DNA of 62,658 nucleotides, filler included, from Nemertoderma westbladi (taxonomy: Eukaryota; Animalia; Xenacoelomorpha): assembly GCA_032718475.1 (NCBI GenBank). It is 3 parts of 3 records of this genome, joined end to end, with 100 filler letters (N's around TTAATTAATTAA, not from the genome) between each part and the next. Parts side by side here need not be neighbours in the genome. Positions count along the whole stretch, not along the records: positions 45,401 to 62,658 come from JAUCBJ010000485.1; 2 more parts are not named here. One strand, given 5' to 3'. The number at the start of each line of letters is the position of its first letter. Positions within the stretch are counted from its first letter, which is position 1. This document shows positions 48,664 through 60,505 of this stretch, piece by piece. A model generated the notes under the pieces. That model saw only the letters and a list, made by a program, of their open reading frames with translations, had not been told where the DNA came from and did not search any database. Position numbers and translations under genes: made by a program.

Positions 48664-49806
48664 ACCTATCAAATTCCGAATCTGTATCTAGCTCAGAATC
48701 ATTCTTTAGTTCGGAACATTTACCTAGATTTGGATCTTTCCCATTCTCGGGTCCCTCAAATCCAATGACAACCTGTAATAAAGAAACATCTTTTAACTTA
48801 ATTATGGGGGGACAGTCGGGGCATACTATTTCGTCGGTACAATCATTTTCTCTTCCATCATTTTCTTCAAATATGTCAACCCAAGCATTCCATTCCTACT
48901 CAATGGCTAATACTGATTTGCATTCCCTTTCAGATTCCGAAACTTTTTCAAATTTTCCACTACGGCAGAGTATTAGCCAATCTGTAATCATACCCCAGCG
49001 GCCCCAGCCAGGGTTGGCATATCCTTTAGAAAATTGTACCGTTCCATTCAATACAATAAATGTACCCCCTGTAAAAGGTGATTCCGTACCAGTTTGTGTT
49101 GCTTCAGCCAAAGGTATCCCTGCTTCTGATTCTCAGCTTCAGGTTGTTCAACCTGCTTCCCAACAGGGATATAAAACTTGTACTTTTCCTATTAAGTCGG
49201 CTCTTACAGCTACAACTGACACCTTCAGAAAACTACCATTTACATATACATATATCTATGTATTTTTTGCTTTTAGAGTAAATTAAGCTGCTAGATCTAT
49301 CATGGTTTGCTCAAGAACAACCATTCAACCGTCACAACCTACTACGATATGACCAAGAATAGCAACGCCATCAGACTCTATCAGCCATTCCGCAGTCGTA
49401 TGTTAAGCTTATTCTTTAAACTCTGTGCCTGTCCGGTCCGTCCGTAATATCAATTAATTTATATATAGATGCGGTGCAATTTTGGTGATGGTATATAATA
49501 CCTGCGCGAGTCTATTAGGCTGCATATCAAATTTCTTTTTTAACAGTATTTTTCCTTTTTCAATATTTTGCTTTTTGATTTGTTTTGATTTCTGCCCTTT
49601 CAAAAAATTCATATTGGTCTTATTTTAGTACTGATTGGTACCTCTAAAAAAAAAAAAAAAAAAATATAAAATATAAAATTCAAATTATATACTATATATA
49701 ACTATATGTGTGAGTAAATTCACACTAATAAAATTAATTAAAAATAATATAAAAGTAATGATTCTGCCCTTTCTCCTTTCGTATGGTTTTAATCCATACT
49801 TTTAAT

Positions 49807-50019
49807 TGTACGTCCTATATGTGCCCTTTCGTATGGTTTTAATCCATACTTTTAATTGTACGTCCTATATGTGCCCTTTGTACGTCCTATATGTGCCCTT
49901 TGTACGTCCTATATGTGCCCTTTGTACGTCCTATATGTGCCCTTTGTACGTCCTATATGTGCCCTTTGTACGTCCTATATGTGCCCTTTGTACGTCCTAT
50001 ATGTGCCCTTTGTACGTCC
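49807..50019. repeat. 23-bp tandem repeat TGTACGTCCTATATGTGCCCTTT (about 8 copies), probably part of a nested HINE-like insert (about 49400-50160)
   Basis: Units are visible; a GTCC-type microsatellite lies at 49430-49445. Confidence 0.8.
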
Positions 50020-50179
50020 AGTCAATTAAATATGATTCAATTTGTAATAATACACACCCTAATTAAATAAAAAATTATAATATATCCCTACAGAATTAAA
50101 ATAAATATGTCGTAACATTTCGCCACGTAGTTCAATCCAATTTATTGCGAAAATGTTCGTCATAAATTGTAGGGGGGAC

Positions 50180-50751
50180 TGTCATCGGCGAAATGCCATT
50201 TTCAACAGATATATTTATTCGACATACTGTACAGTATGTCTCAGAATAGAGTAACCAATCAGCATTCAGATTCAGACCGTATATATAAAGCTCAACCATC
50301 AGACTTTCCGATTCATTCTGTATTCTATTTCAATCACAACATTTTTCCCACAAATTTGGTTATTACTTTTTCTGCCTTTTCCGCTTTCCTACTTCAGTAC
50401 TCCTTCATTCAGAATTCAGCACTTTCTTTTACATTCAGACATTGCAGCCTTAGTAGATCTTTACTTTAGATAATATCCAGTCCGGCAGTATAATATTTAG
50501 ATACTTTAGTTTAGTCATATTCATTCGCCTATGGTAATTACAATTACTACATTTCCAAATAAAATGTAAGATGTCACAACAACTGTCTTTAAACCTTTTC
50601 CATCAGTCCATGCAGACAGAATTAGTGATCAACCAAAATGGAACATAGTTTAGCGGCGTAGACTATTGTTCTCAATAGAATTAGAATGCAGATACAGTAC
50701 ATATTTCAGTTCATCATCAGATTACTCAGTTCAGTAGTTCCGCCGCGAACA
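50180..50751 (+). repeat. 3' LTR (572 bp)
   Basis: Follows the PPT; TG...CA termini. Confidence 0.93.
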
Positions 50752-53700
50752 AATGTTTACGGAACCCATATTGGTCATTGGAAAGAATATTGTATTTCTC
50801 TAAATATGAAATTAATTGGGAGTTTATCACAGTTTCGTAAAGTTTAGTAAAGACAGGAAGTATGGATATGGGACGATAATTGTTTTTATCAGTCGGATCT
50901 CCACTTTTGTAAACGGGAATTATTTTGGCTTGTTTTAGGATATTTGGAAAGTAACCAGATCTTATGGAGATATTAATGAAATTTGTGATGTGTGGGGCAA
51001 GGTCATAGGCTGCAATTTTTAGGATAGGAATGGGGAAGTTATCGTTAGTTGAGCAATTATTTCTTAGGTTTAGGATATTATATATAGTTTCAGTTTCGGA
51101 CGTTTGAGAGAGGGAAAATGAGTTTGGTTTCCGGTGGTTTACAAAACGTGTTGGGTTACGCTTTGTTGCAGGAAGTGAACCGGCAAGTTGGGGGCCTACA
51201 TTAGCAAAGTAGTGATTGAACGTAGTTGCTATGTCAAGTGGGTCAGTATGTTCAAGTATACCAGTTGATGTAATAGTTTTAAGTTTTTTAGGTGAAGAAA
51301 GTGATTTAGTCTTACGGAGTGCAGAGTTAATAGTTTGCCAAGTTTTCCTCGTATTATTTTTGTGTTTTTCAAATTGTGCGTGATAGTATGACTTCTCAGT
51401 TAGTCTTAGTACATTTGTCAGTTTATTGCGGTATTTTTTATAGTAATTTATTTTTTCAGGACTGGGATTCTTACCTAACGAGGCATATAATTTATTTTTA
51501 GTTAATATTGACTTAACCAGGTTTTCAGTCATCCACGGTTTTTTTGGCATTTCCTTTTTTAGTAGTTCTTTTTTTGGTAAATGAATATTTACTATTTTTT
51601 GAAAGTCATTATAAAACAACTCAAATTTCTTTTTGTATGTATTATATGACCTTTGGTATGACCAATTACGTGGATTTCTTAAATCATTTAAGAAATTTGT
51701 TTTATTAAATTTTCGGTAGTCATACGTATACTGTTTTTCGGAGGATTTGAAAAAAACATTATAATTTTGAATAATAAGGAAAGTTGCAAGATGGTCAGTT
51801 GTTCCGATTTCTGATAGGAAAACTCCAGGCGTTATTAATTTATCAGTTATATTAGAAGAGAAATGATCTATAAGTGTTCTAGAGTGGGGTGTTATTCTAG
51901 TTGCAACCTTGATATACTGATCAAAAGAGTTAGATTGTAGGCTTTGGGTATATTTGTTAGAAATGTTGGTTGATTTGAGTAAATCTATGTTGTAGTCACC
52001 GGTTAAAACTATGTCTAGATTTTCTTTTGATAATTGGAATATAGTCTTATTTAAGTTTTCAATAAATTCATCAGCATCGCACGATTGGGGGCGATATATA
52101 GTTCCTAGTAGTAACGGCTTCTGTGTCTGAGTAAGTAAGTTCCGTGAGCGGTTAACAGTTATCCAAGTGGACTCACAGTTTTCAATTTTAATATCTTGAC
52201 GGATGGAGTAATCCAGACTATTCTTAATGTATATGGCGGTGCCACCACGGTTTAATTGTCCATATTTTCGGTTTGTAATAAGTGGGGGACTGTAGCCAGG
52301 GATATTAAAGTAAGTGAGATCAGTATCGTCAGTGAGAAAAGTTTCAGTGAAAGTAAGAACGTCGAACTGATAATCTAGGAGAGCTATGTGATCTAAAGTG
52401 TGGCTTAAATTTTTGTTCAGACTCCGGCAGTTTAAATTGAAAATTGAAAAAGAGTTATTTTTTGGGGGATATTATTGAATTTTGATATATTAAAGTACCT
52501 ACCGTCAGTATTATTAGAGTTCAAGTTTTGATCGGGATCAATATCGTTAAAATAGTTATTTAGTTGTTTTGAGTTTTCAGCTAAACTGATATCAGATTCA
52601 TTATTAGAAAATATATCGTCATCATAATTAGGAATCATATGAAACGGGAAAATTTCCAAATTGCAGAAATTACAGTAAATTTCATGTTTTTGTATGGAGA
52701 TATCACTGGTTGACAAATGGGTACCACATGGTACGTGGTATAAATTGGTGCAAAAGGCGCATTTAAAAGAAAATTCATTAGGGTTAAATTTTGAAAAACA
52801 AAATTCGCAAGAATTGACGCTGGCTGTGCTCATATAGGAGAAACTATAAAATTAGTACGGGAGGGGGAAATAAAAGGTAAGTTTGATATTCAACTGAGAT
52901 TGCCAGGAGAAAATAGCAATCTGAAAAATTTATCTAGCCTAGATAAGGTGGTACAGTATGATATCAGCTATACCAGTAGTGAAATCTATGGTAATTGATA
53001 TGCTGAGTAATGATAGAAAATTCAGATAATAAAATATTGTTTATCAGCACTGTTATCATGAGATGACATGTATTATTATGAAGGGAATATTTTTTGGTAT
53101 GGTTAGTTGGTGACAGCGTTAGTCGGCACACGCAAACGCGTGTATAAAATGGTTTCGAAAATAAAAGTGGTGATATATACTTTACATTTATATTTCTATG
53201 AGAAGTGAAACGAATTAGATAAGGTAGAGTTTATTCTTTGTTATATGCTGAAGAAACATGATTATGATTTACAATGTTATGTTACATGAATTTACAACTC
53301 TAATTAGGCCTAGTTTTACACAGACGAGGGAAAGAAACATGATAGATTTTAATAGATGGATAGATGTTGTGTTACATGAACGACTTAATGTTTACATGCG
53401 GTTAGTGTTAGTTAGACGATTGATATCCTCGAGGCAGTTTATCGCCGTTGGGTGCGAGTTAGCAGTCAGCTTAGCCATAACAGTCCCATTGTAGGAGTAT
53501 GCGGAATTTATCTTTCGTTGTTTCTTCATGTCAACTAGAGACTTTAGAAGAATAGTGCGTCGTGGTGTTAGGTTCTCGGCTACGTAAACCTTATCTCCTC
53601 TATTCTGCACGTCGGATAGGATATTTTTCTTTCGGATAGACGAGTTTCGCTTGTTTCGCGATATGAAACGAACTATAACTGGGCGTGGGCCTGTCTTTTT

Positions 53701-54250
53701 CTTACCGAGGCGATGGCTTAACATCGATTTTATTAAGAACATGTTGAATAGCAGCCGCATCGTCTGTTTCGCTTTCCTTTATTCCATAAAATACGAGGTT
53801 GTAATTCCGACCGTACTGCTCCAGCTCGTCGTTCCTTTGACTCAGATTAGCGATTTCGATTGCCTGATCAGATACGACAGATTTAATGGAAGTGAGGTCA
53901 CTCTCGAGAACGTCCGTTCGTTGCTCAAGGCTGCTCACTACAGGAATAATGTCATTGGACTTCATTTGATCATCACGGAGGGTTTTAATATCGCTACGAA
54001 GTTCACCGACTTCGTTGGTTAGCCGTTTAATGGTGGATAGAAGCGCCTCGTAGGATTTCTCATTAACAGTTTCATTGTCGGATCCGCTTGAGTGAGAGAC
54101 GAGTTCAATAGGCGTGGGGATTTTCTTTTTCTGTTTGTTGGCGGGCATGTTGATTTAATAGATTTGTAAAATTGGTAGGGGCCAATAGGCTACTGCAATA
54201 TCACTTAGAACCGGTAGGTACTGACAAAGCCTACATCAGTACATAGTGCA
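50752..54250 (-). mobile_element. 5' part of a CR1-group (L2/Crack-like) LINE, related to 4593-7533
   Basis: ORF1 54148-53392 (frameshifted; coiled coil, LEQYGRNYNLVFYGIKE, HRLG..PRPVIVRF, ENLT). ORF2 from 52833 with PHD-like Cys cluster, APE and RT N-terminus (PKKPWMT, NYRPISILP, QYGFR). Confidence 0.92.
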
Positions 54251-54254
54251 GAAT

Positions 54255-57200
54255 ACTGGAATGCTGATGTACCTTACCCTGCTGTTGGGATGGATTACAC
54301 GGGACATTTATGGGTAATAAATGATCGTATTAGTAGAGAGAAGTCAAAAGTTTATGTTTGCCTATTTACTTGTTGTTCAACACGAAAGGTTAATTTAGAA
54401 CTAGCTAATGATTTATCAGCTAACAATAAATACATTGCTGCAAATTACACTGCCTACTGCCTGTCTGTCTGTGTTCATGCTTACATAGTATTGGATTGCC
54501 TGTATATTTCGCCCACGGACGCCAGTGGCCAACCTGTTTCTGTGGTGTATTGTTTGGGATGTCACAAGGGTCTCAACGCTGCTGCCAGTGTGGCACCACC
54601 CCTGATGGTAGTTGCATAACGGGGTGGTGTGGTTGCCACAAACGTCGGCGTCCTTGTATCAGTTGCGCACAGTTTCTCACCGGAGGATGCAGGAACGAGT
54701 TCACTTCCAACATTCACACATTGTCGCCGCTGTCGCAACCACCCATTCCGATAAACTTTTCCTCCCCGCACGAGACGTTGGACACCATGGAACGGACTGG
54801 TTCAAACAGCCAGCTTTCGTTCGACTCACTAAGCGAAACGTTGGTACCTCAGTCAGGAAACGGAGACAACGACGCCAGCCAGTCTACCATCAACCAAGAC
54901 GGCCACATTCCGCCCACAGACCCTGTCCCCGACTGTCCTCGTCACTCAGTGAAACCCACAGACGCCCCAACTGCCAGGGCAGCTGCCCAGGACACCACGA
55001 CCTTTGGCAGTACGTGGGCGCATCAGCGACCGAGAACCAAACGAACCCCGACCCACAGGACTTAATGACTAGGGCCTACGGGGCCGCATTGGTTGGAAAG
55101 GGGGCCGCCCCGGATCTCTTACTACACCAGTGGAGGCGCGCTACTCAGTTGATCGGGTCCAAATGCCGTCTGCCTGGTGGTGCATTGGGGCGGGACTTTG
55201 TTGAGCTGCTGGCCTCAGAGGCAACAGCCTTCCAGTCGGCGTTGCAACACAATGTGGCAAATGCCCGCTCAGAGCGTTTACTACTCACGGACTCGCTTCT
55301 ACTCCATCGCGACCCTAAAGTAACAAAGGTGGCCGACATCCGCCGTCTCCTCTCCCGAAGAATCGGTCTTTGGCAAGGCGGCCAAATGGAGGCCCTCCAG
55401 GAGGTGGAGCGATGCTCTAAGAAGTTTGGTTCTGGCCATCGGGTCAGTCGTCAGCCGCCGGACAATGAGAAGGAACACACGATCCGTGTGTTTACCCGCC
55501 TTATGCTTGAGGGAAAAGTGCGAAGCGCTGCACGGTGGGTGATGGGCCGGGATTCTGGAGGCGTACTAGAGCCCAGCAATGACGTGGAGGTTGGGGGAAA
55601 CAAGGTAAATGTCCTGGACGTGCTCAGAAGTAAACACCCCTCAGTGGCGGCACCTCCGGTTGGTTCTCTACTGGATCTTGAAGATGAGCTACCGGTGCGA
55701 GTTGACGTCGACATAACGGCCGCCCATATAGAGTCGGCTGTCCGCCACCTCCACGGCGGGGCGGGACCTGGCGGTTCTGATTCCACCTGCTGGCAGGATT
55801 TTCTGCTAAGTTACGGGGCCCACAGCGAACGCCTACTCGAGGGAATTGCAGGCATCACTCGCAGTCTGGCGAACTCAGTAGTCCCGTGGGAGTCCACACG
55901 TGCCCTCATGTCTGGCCGGCTCATCGCCCTTGATAAGTGCCCTGGAGTGCACCCAATTGGGATTGGCGAATGCCTCCGCCGGATCATGGCACGAGCCATG
56001 GCGCAGACTACTGGCGACGACGTAACAACAACTTGCGGGGCTGAGCAGCTATCAGCCGGGACGTCCGCGGGAGTCGAGGCCGCCGCCCACACGATGGCCA
56101 ACATCTTCGAGGAGCGGGCCGATGATGGTTGGGGGGTACTCCTGGTAGACGCCTCCAACGCATTCAACTCACTGAATAGGGTGGCAGCGCTGTGGAACGC
56201 CCGCCGTTTATTGCCAATGTGTTCCTTGTTCTTATTCAACTGTTACCGAGGATACAGTATATTGGTTGTGAGATGAACAGATGCGATATTATTCAGCGAG
56301 GAGGGAGCCATACAGGGGGACCCGCTCGCCATGCTGTTCTACGCAACAGGGGCCCTACCACTAGTCCGATGCCTGTGTTCCTCGAAGACGCGACAGAACT
56401 GGTTTGCGGACGACTCGGCTGGTGCTGGGAGACTCGTGGACGTCCTGGAGTGGTTCCTTCACCTCAAAGCCAACGGCCCAGCACTTGGTTACAAGCCGGA
56501 ACCATCCAAGAGCTACCTGGTAGTGGCGCCGGCTTTTATGGAGGAGGCCAAGCGGATCTTCACGGGCCACTCCATCAACGTGGTTACTGGCCACCGCTTC
56601 CTCGGGGGTTTCCTGGGTGGAGTGTCTGACAGGACGGCGTTCGTGGGGGCCAAGGTACCTGCATGGGTCGACGTAGTAGACAAGCTGTCCGAGATGGTAG
56701 CCGAACAGCCGCAGGCTGCGTTTGCGGCCATGGCCTGCTCCCTCCAGAGGGAGTGGGCCTACCTTCAGCGGGTCACACTAAACTGCAGCGACCAATTCCG
56801 AATCCTCGAGGAGGCCATAGCCCAGCGTTTTCTGCCAGCCCTACTCGGAGGCGAAATATCTGCTAACGAACGCCGGCTGTTCTCCTTGTCCCCCCACATA
56901 GGAGGGATGGGCCTATGGGACCCTATAGTGGAAGCTACTCCTTCCTACGACACATCCCGGGCCGGAACTCGGTCCCCCAGCCAGGCAATCATCGGGGTTG
57001 AACCCTTCTCCCTGGTAGATCACCTCGCTTGTCTTCAGGGGGCTCGCAAAGTGGGGCGAACACTACAGCTTGCACGGGAGGACACCGGGTTCAAGGAGGC
57101 GATCGAAGACATGTCACAGACCCGACGACGCACAGTACCACAAGCTGTTGACTACCGTACCAGCGGCTGGATTTCCTGTCTCCCCCATGCAGAGCATCAC

Positions 57201-58430
57201 CTCGACCTTTCTCCTCGTGAGTTCCAGGATGCGGTGGCCATCCGCTATGGTCAGCCCCTCGCCTCGGTTCCGAGCCAGTGCGATGGGTGCAGGGCCCCCT
57301 TCGATCTTAACCACGGGTTAAATTGCAAGAAAGGAAGTCTCGTCATCCAGCGCCACAATGAGCTACGGGACGTTGTGGGCGACCTGGCGGCAGCAGCATT
57401 CGGGCCCCGCAATGTTACTTGCGAGCCGGTCGTTCGGGAGCAGCAGGGGGTCGACGGAGCTTCTGGTCTTCGGTGTGACGTGGGCATTCGGGGGGCGTTT
57501 AACCCGCAGACCCAGGCGTTGATCGACATCAGGTTGGTTAACCTTGACGCCGGGTCTTATGCGGGGCGCTCCCCGATGTCAGTCCTCGAGTCAGTCGAAG
57601 ACGAGAAGAAGCGGCTCTACTCCAACGCAGTCTGGGAGCGGCGTGGCGACTTCTCGCCATACATTGCCTCCTGCGACGGAGTGTTGGCCGCCCAAGCGGA
57701 CAAGCTCCTCAGGACCATTGCCCAGAAGCTCCACCGGACGTGGGGGAGACCCTACAGCATGGTGATGGGGTGGGTCCGTACCCGGGTCCAGCTGGCTATC
57801 GTACGCGGGGCTTCCCATTGCCTTAGAGGGTCGCGGACGAAATGGCGTAGCAGGCTCGGGCTGGACGACGGCACTGGGACACCAGGTGTCTTTGTGTGAC
57901 AGGTGGTGTTGGTGCTAGTATTTTACTAATTGATTAACAAACGTTTTGCTAAAACATTTTCCTGTGTGGTATTGTATGTAATAAATCTATCGTGCATTTA
58001 TTAGTTTACAGAAATTATTAATATTAAATTCTGATTTATCAGCTAATGCCTTTCTTCAATGCTTTAAATGTCATTGTGCTGTATATTCGACCCCATCATT
58101 GTGTATTTCTGACCAATGCTTCAAACTACGTAGCTGGTAATGATGAACTCAGCGAACTCTACAATACTTTAGATAAAGAGGATAATATTAATGGCATGAA
58201 AGATTTTTGTAATGCAAAAAAAGTAAAGTTATATTTCTGCAAGATAAGAATACGGTTTCATCACATACCAAAGAGAGCCCCATGGTGGGGTGGGTTGTGG
58301 GAAATTCTTGTTGGTCTTGTAAAGACTGTACTCAAGAAAATTTTAAGATCATAATTTTTGACATTTTAATGAACTGGAAACTGTTCTAAAAGAATGTCAA
58401 GCAGTGATAAATAATAGACCACTTTACTAT
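54255..58430 (+). pseudogene. BEL/Pao integrase relic split by a CRE-type insertion (pieces 54255-54423 and 58032-58430)
   Basis: VGMDYTG..KVYVCLFTCCSTRKVNLELANDLSA continues after the insert with NAFLQCF, then IPKRAPWWGGLWE.LVGLVK, ELETVLKECQAVINNRPL. Confidence 0.88.
54424..58031 (+). mobile_element. CRE-clade-like RLE non-LTR retrotransposon, apparently full length, 15-bp TSD
   Basis: TSD TGATTTATCAGCTAA at 54409-54423 and 58032-58046. ORF 54559-57899 (frameshift near 55000-55060, stop at 56274): Cys-rich N-terminus; RT PIGIGE, VDASNAFNSLNR, QGDPL, FADD; CCHC, RHNELRD and an RxD..D restriction-like endonuclease. Confidence 0.9.
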
Positions 58431-58503
58431 TGTAAAGTGGTAAAGTAGTGGTAAAGTAAAGTAGTGTAGTAGTAGCTTATTATTATTGTTATTATTATTA
58501 TAG

Positions 58504-58776
58504 CCTCGCTGGTTACACTGGAAATAGTCGAAAGTTATGTCCTGGCTTATTTCCTGGGATAACTTCTTTCTGGCCTGTGAGAACTAATCAACTCTCAGCA
58601 GTGCGGCGGACAAAACACAAAGCTACTGGAAACTGTCCGAGCCCTTGGATTGTATTCTGGACAGACGAGGACTTTAAAGGTCATCATATGGAAGTCAACG
58701 GGGATATTAATACTGTGCAGATGACTCATACATCTACTAACAACTTGGTATCCAGTATAGAAGTCAAGTGTGGAAG
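58504..58776 (+). CDS. Exon of a multi-domain beta/gamma-crystallin protein
   Basis: AG/GT bounded, phase 2-2, 273 nt: GYTG...LCPG.F...NQLSAVR...IVFW.DEDFKG..E...D...NNLVSSIEVKCG (Greek-key motifs). Confidence 0.8.
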
Positions 58777-58888
58777 GTAAATATATTATTATATTTTAAT
58801 AAATGGCATTATTTATGCTTTTTTTAGTCATACTCATTAATGCACTCGAAATTTGTTGGATACAGCTTTACAAAGTCGACAATGACGT

Positions 58889-58956
58889 TCAGATTTGATT
58901 GAACTGGTCACCTCCGGGCTGGAAGTCTGACGCTCTAACCATTCAGCCAGAGGCTC
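58889..58956 (-). mobile_element. tRNA-derived SINE head
   Basis: Reverse strand has A box TGGCTGAATGG and B-box-like GTTCAATC; no acceptor stem. Confidence 0.6.
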
Positions 58957-59315
58957 AAGTTTCATTTCGGAGAACCCCATAGTCAGCTTCTCCAGTAGAG
59001 GAAACTGGATGCCAAAGCAAATTGAGCTAAACTCTATAGGTGGATTCTGTGGAGTTCTGAAGGGGATGGTGGCCCCATGGATAACAAAATCATGAATAAG
59101 ATTTTAATTTTATCCTAAATCATTATTGTTTATAATACAATTTTCATTTGAAATATTTTTATATTAAAGATGCAAGCAAAAAAATGCACCAATAAGAATG
59201 TGATTTTACGTATTACATGAGAAAATATAGTATAATTTTTTTTTTTTATCTGAATTTAAATAATTATAAATTCTATAATTTCATTATTATATAAAATAAA
59301 TTTATTTGAACGCAG

Positions 59316-59450
59316 ATGGATCATATATGATGGTGATCACACTGGCCTATACGCAATCCTTGATGAGGGGAATTATACTAACGCTGCAAGTTGGAACAGT
59401 GTGGAATACACAAGCCTTCCGACAGGTCCCGCAGATGATGACATATCAAG
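59316..59450 (+). CDS. Next exon of the beta/gamma-crystallin-domain gene
   Basis: CAG/GT bounded, 135 nt, in phase: (R)WIIYDGDHTGLYAILDEGNY...DDDIS(S). Confidence 0.8.
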
Positions 59451-60079
59451 GTTATTATTATTTTGAATAGAAAATTAAAAGTAGAGTTTTCTTCAGACAA
59501 TTTTGGCTGGGTAGTTTGGCTGAGTAGCACAACCAGTTCTGTCCATACCAGAACATTACTTCTTTAGTACAATTTAGTCCGATTTATTCATTTAGTATCA
59601 TATACTCATTGTATCACATTTCTCGATCATATAAAGATGCATAAAACAAAAATAACTCCGGTATTCGATTTTGAGATGAAACATGAATTCTGAAAGCCAG
59701 CAATAATTAAGTTTATATTTAGCAAAAAAAGGGTAAAAAGTAGGTGCACAAATTTTGATTTTATTTTTGATAGTCGATAAATTCATTTAAGATAGGAAAA
59801 ATATTAATTCCATTTTTTTGTAAAGTCTCTAACATACTTTGCATAGAGGAACAAATGAGAACATGGGTGAGTTAAGGCCCGGCCTAGTCCCTCTATGTCT
59901 TTATGGGCAGATCCGAATCTACTTCTTTTACATTGTTTTACTTTTAAACTCGTCTCGCATTATTCTTTGATGTAAATTTTCTATATATTATAATGCCTCA
60001 TATTAAAATCGAATATAGTTTTTATGATATGTTATATTTATTTATTTATTGTTGTTGTATATTTATTTTATTCATTTAG

Positions 60080-60253
60080 CGCCCGAGCTCTGACAATATC
60101 ATGTGGTTCTGGAGCAGCACTTGTGATGTTTAACCTGAATGATTTTGCTAGTAGTGCACAACCTTTAGATCAGTCAGCTGACCTTGCAACTCTCGTTTTC
60201 AACAACATCATGTCATCATTCATTATTACCTCAGGGACATGGACTTTCTATGA
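60080..60253 (+). CDS. Third visible exon of the beta/gamma-crystallin-domain gene
   Basis: TAG/GTAAGT bounded, 174 nt, in phase: (S)AR...LVMFNLNDF...FNNIMSSFIITSGTWTFY. Confidence 0.8.
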
Positions 60254-60319
60254 GTAAGTTTGATATTTACTTTTAAGGGCTGTTCGTTTTTGCATCTAGA
60301 GCAGAATTAATGGGGATAT

Positions 60320-60408
60320 TGTAGTATGCAGCCAGATATATATAATCATCAGTCTGTTAGTGCTATATCAATGCCGTCATAGCCATGGCCTAATGTATAA
60401 CCACTACA
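60320..60408 (-). repeat. Very short (89 bp) putative 3' LTR of the Gypsy element
   Basis: Inverted termini TGTAGT...ACTACA, preceded on the minus strand by PPT GGGGAAGAGAG (60422-60412). Confidence 0.65.
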
Positions 60409-60505
60409 CTACTCTCTTCCCCAACACCAACATAAGACAAATAAAAAAAACCAACACCAACACCAACAGAAAACAAAGTCTTCCATATTATAGTTTATAG
60501 TCACT

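Larger units (their letters stand above)
45401..50751 (+). mobile_element. Non-autonomous LTR retroelement (5.35 kb, no pol) inserted into a LINE ORF2
   Basis: Near-identical LTRs TGTC...AACA; PPT AGGGGGGA at 50171-50178; the 3' flank is LINE RT cut at QYGFRKH. Confidence 0.9.

Noticed and set aside
58889-58956. Functional tRNA gene
   Set aside because: It has A/B boxes but no acceptor stem or proper T arm, which fits a SINE head.
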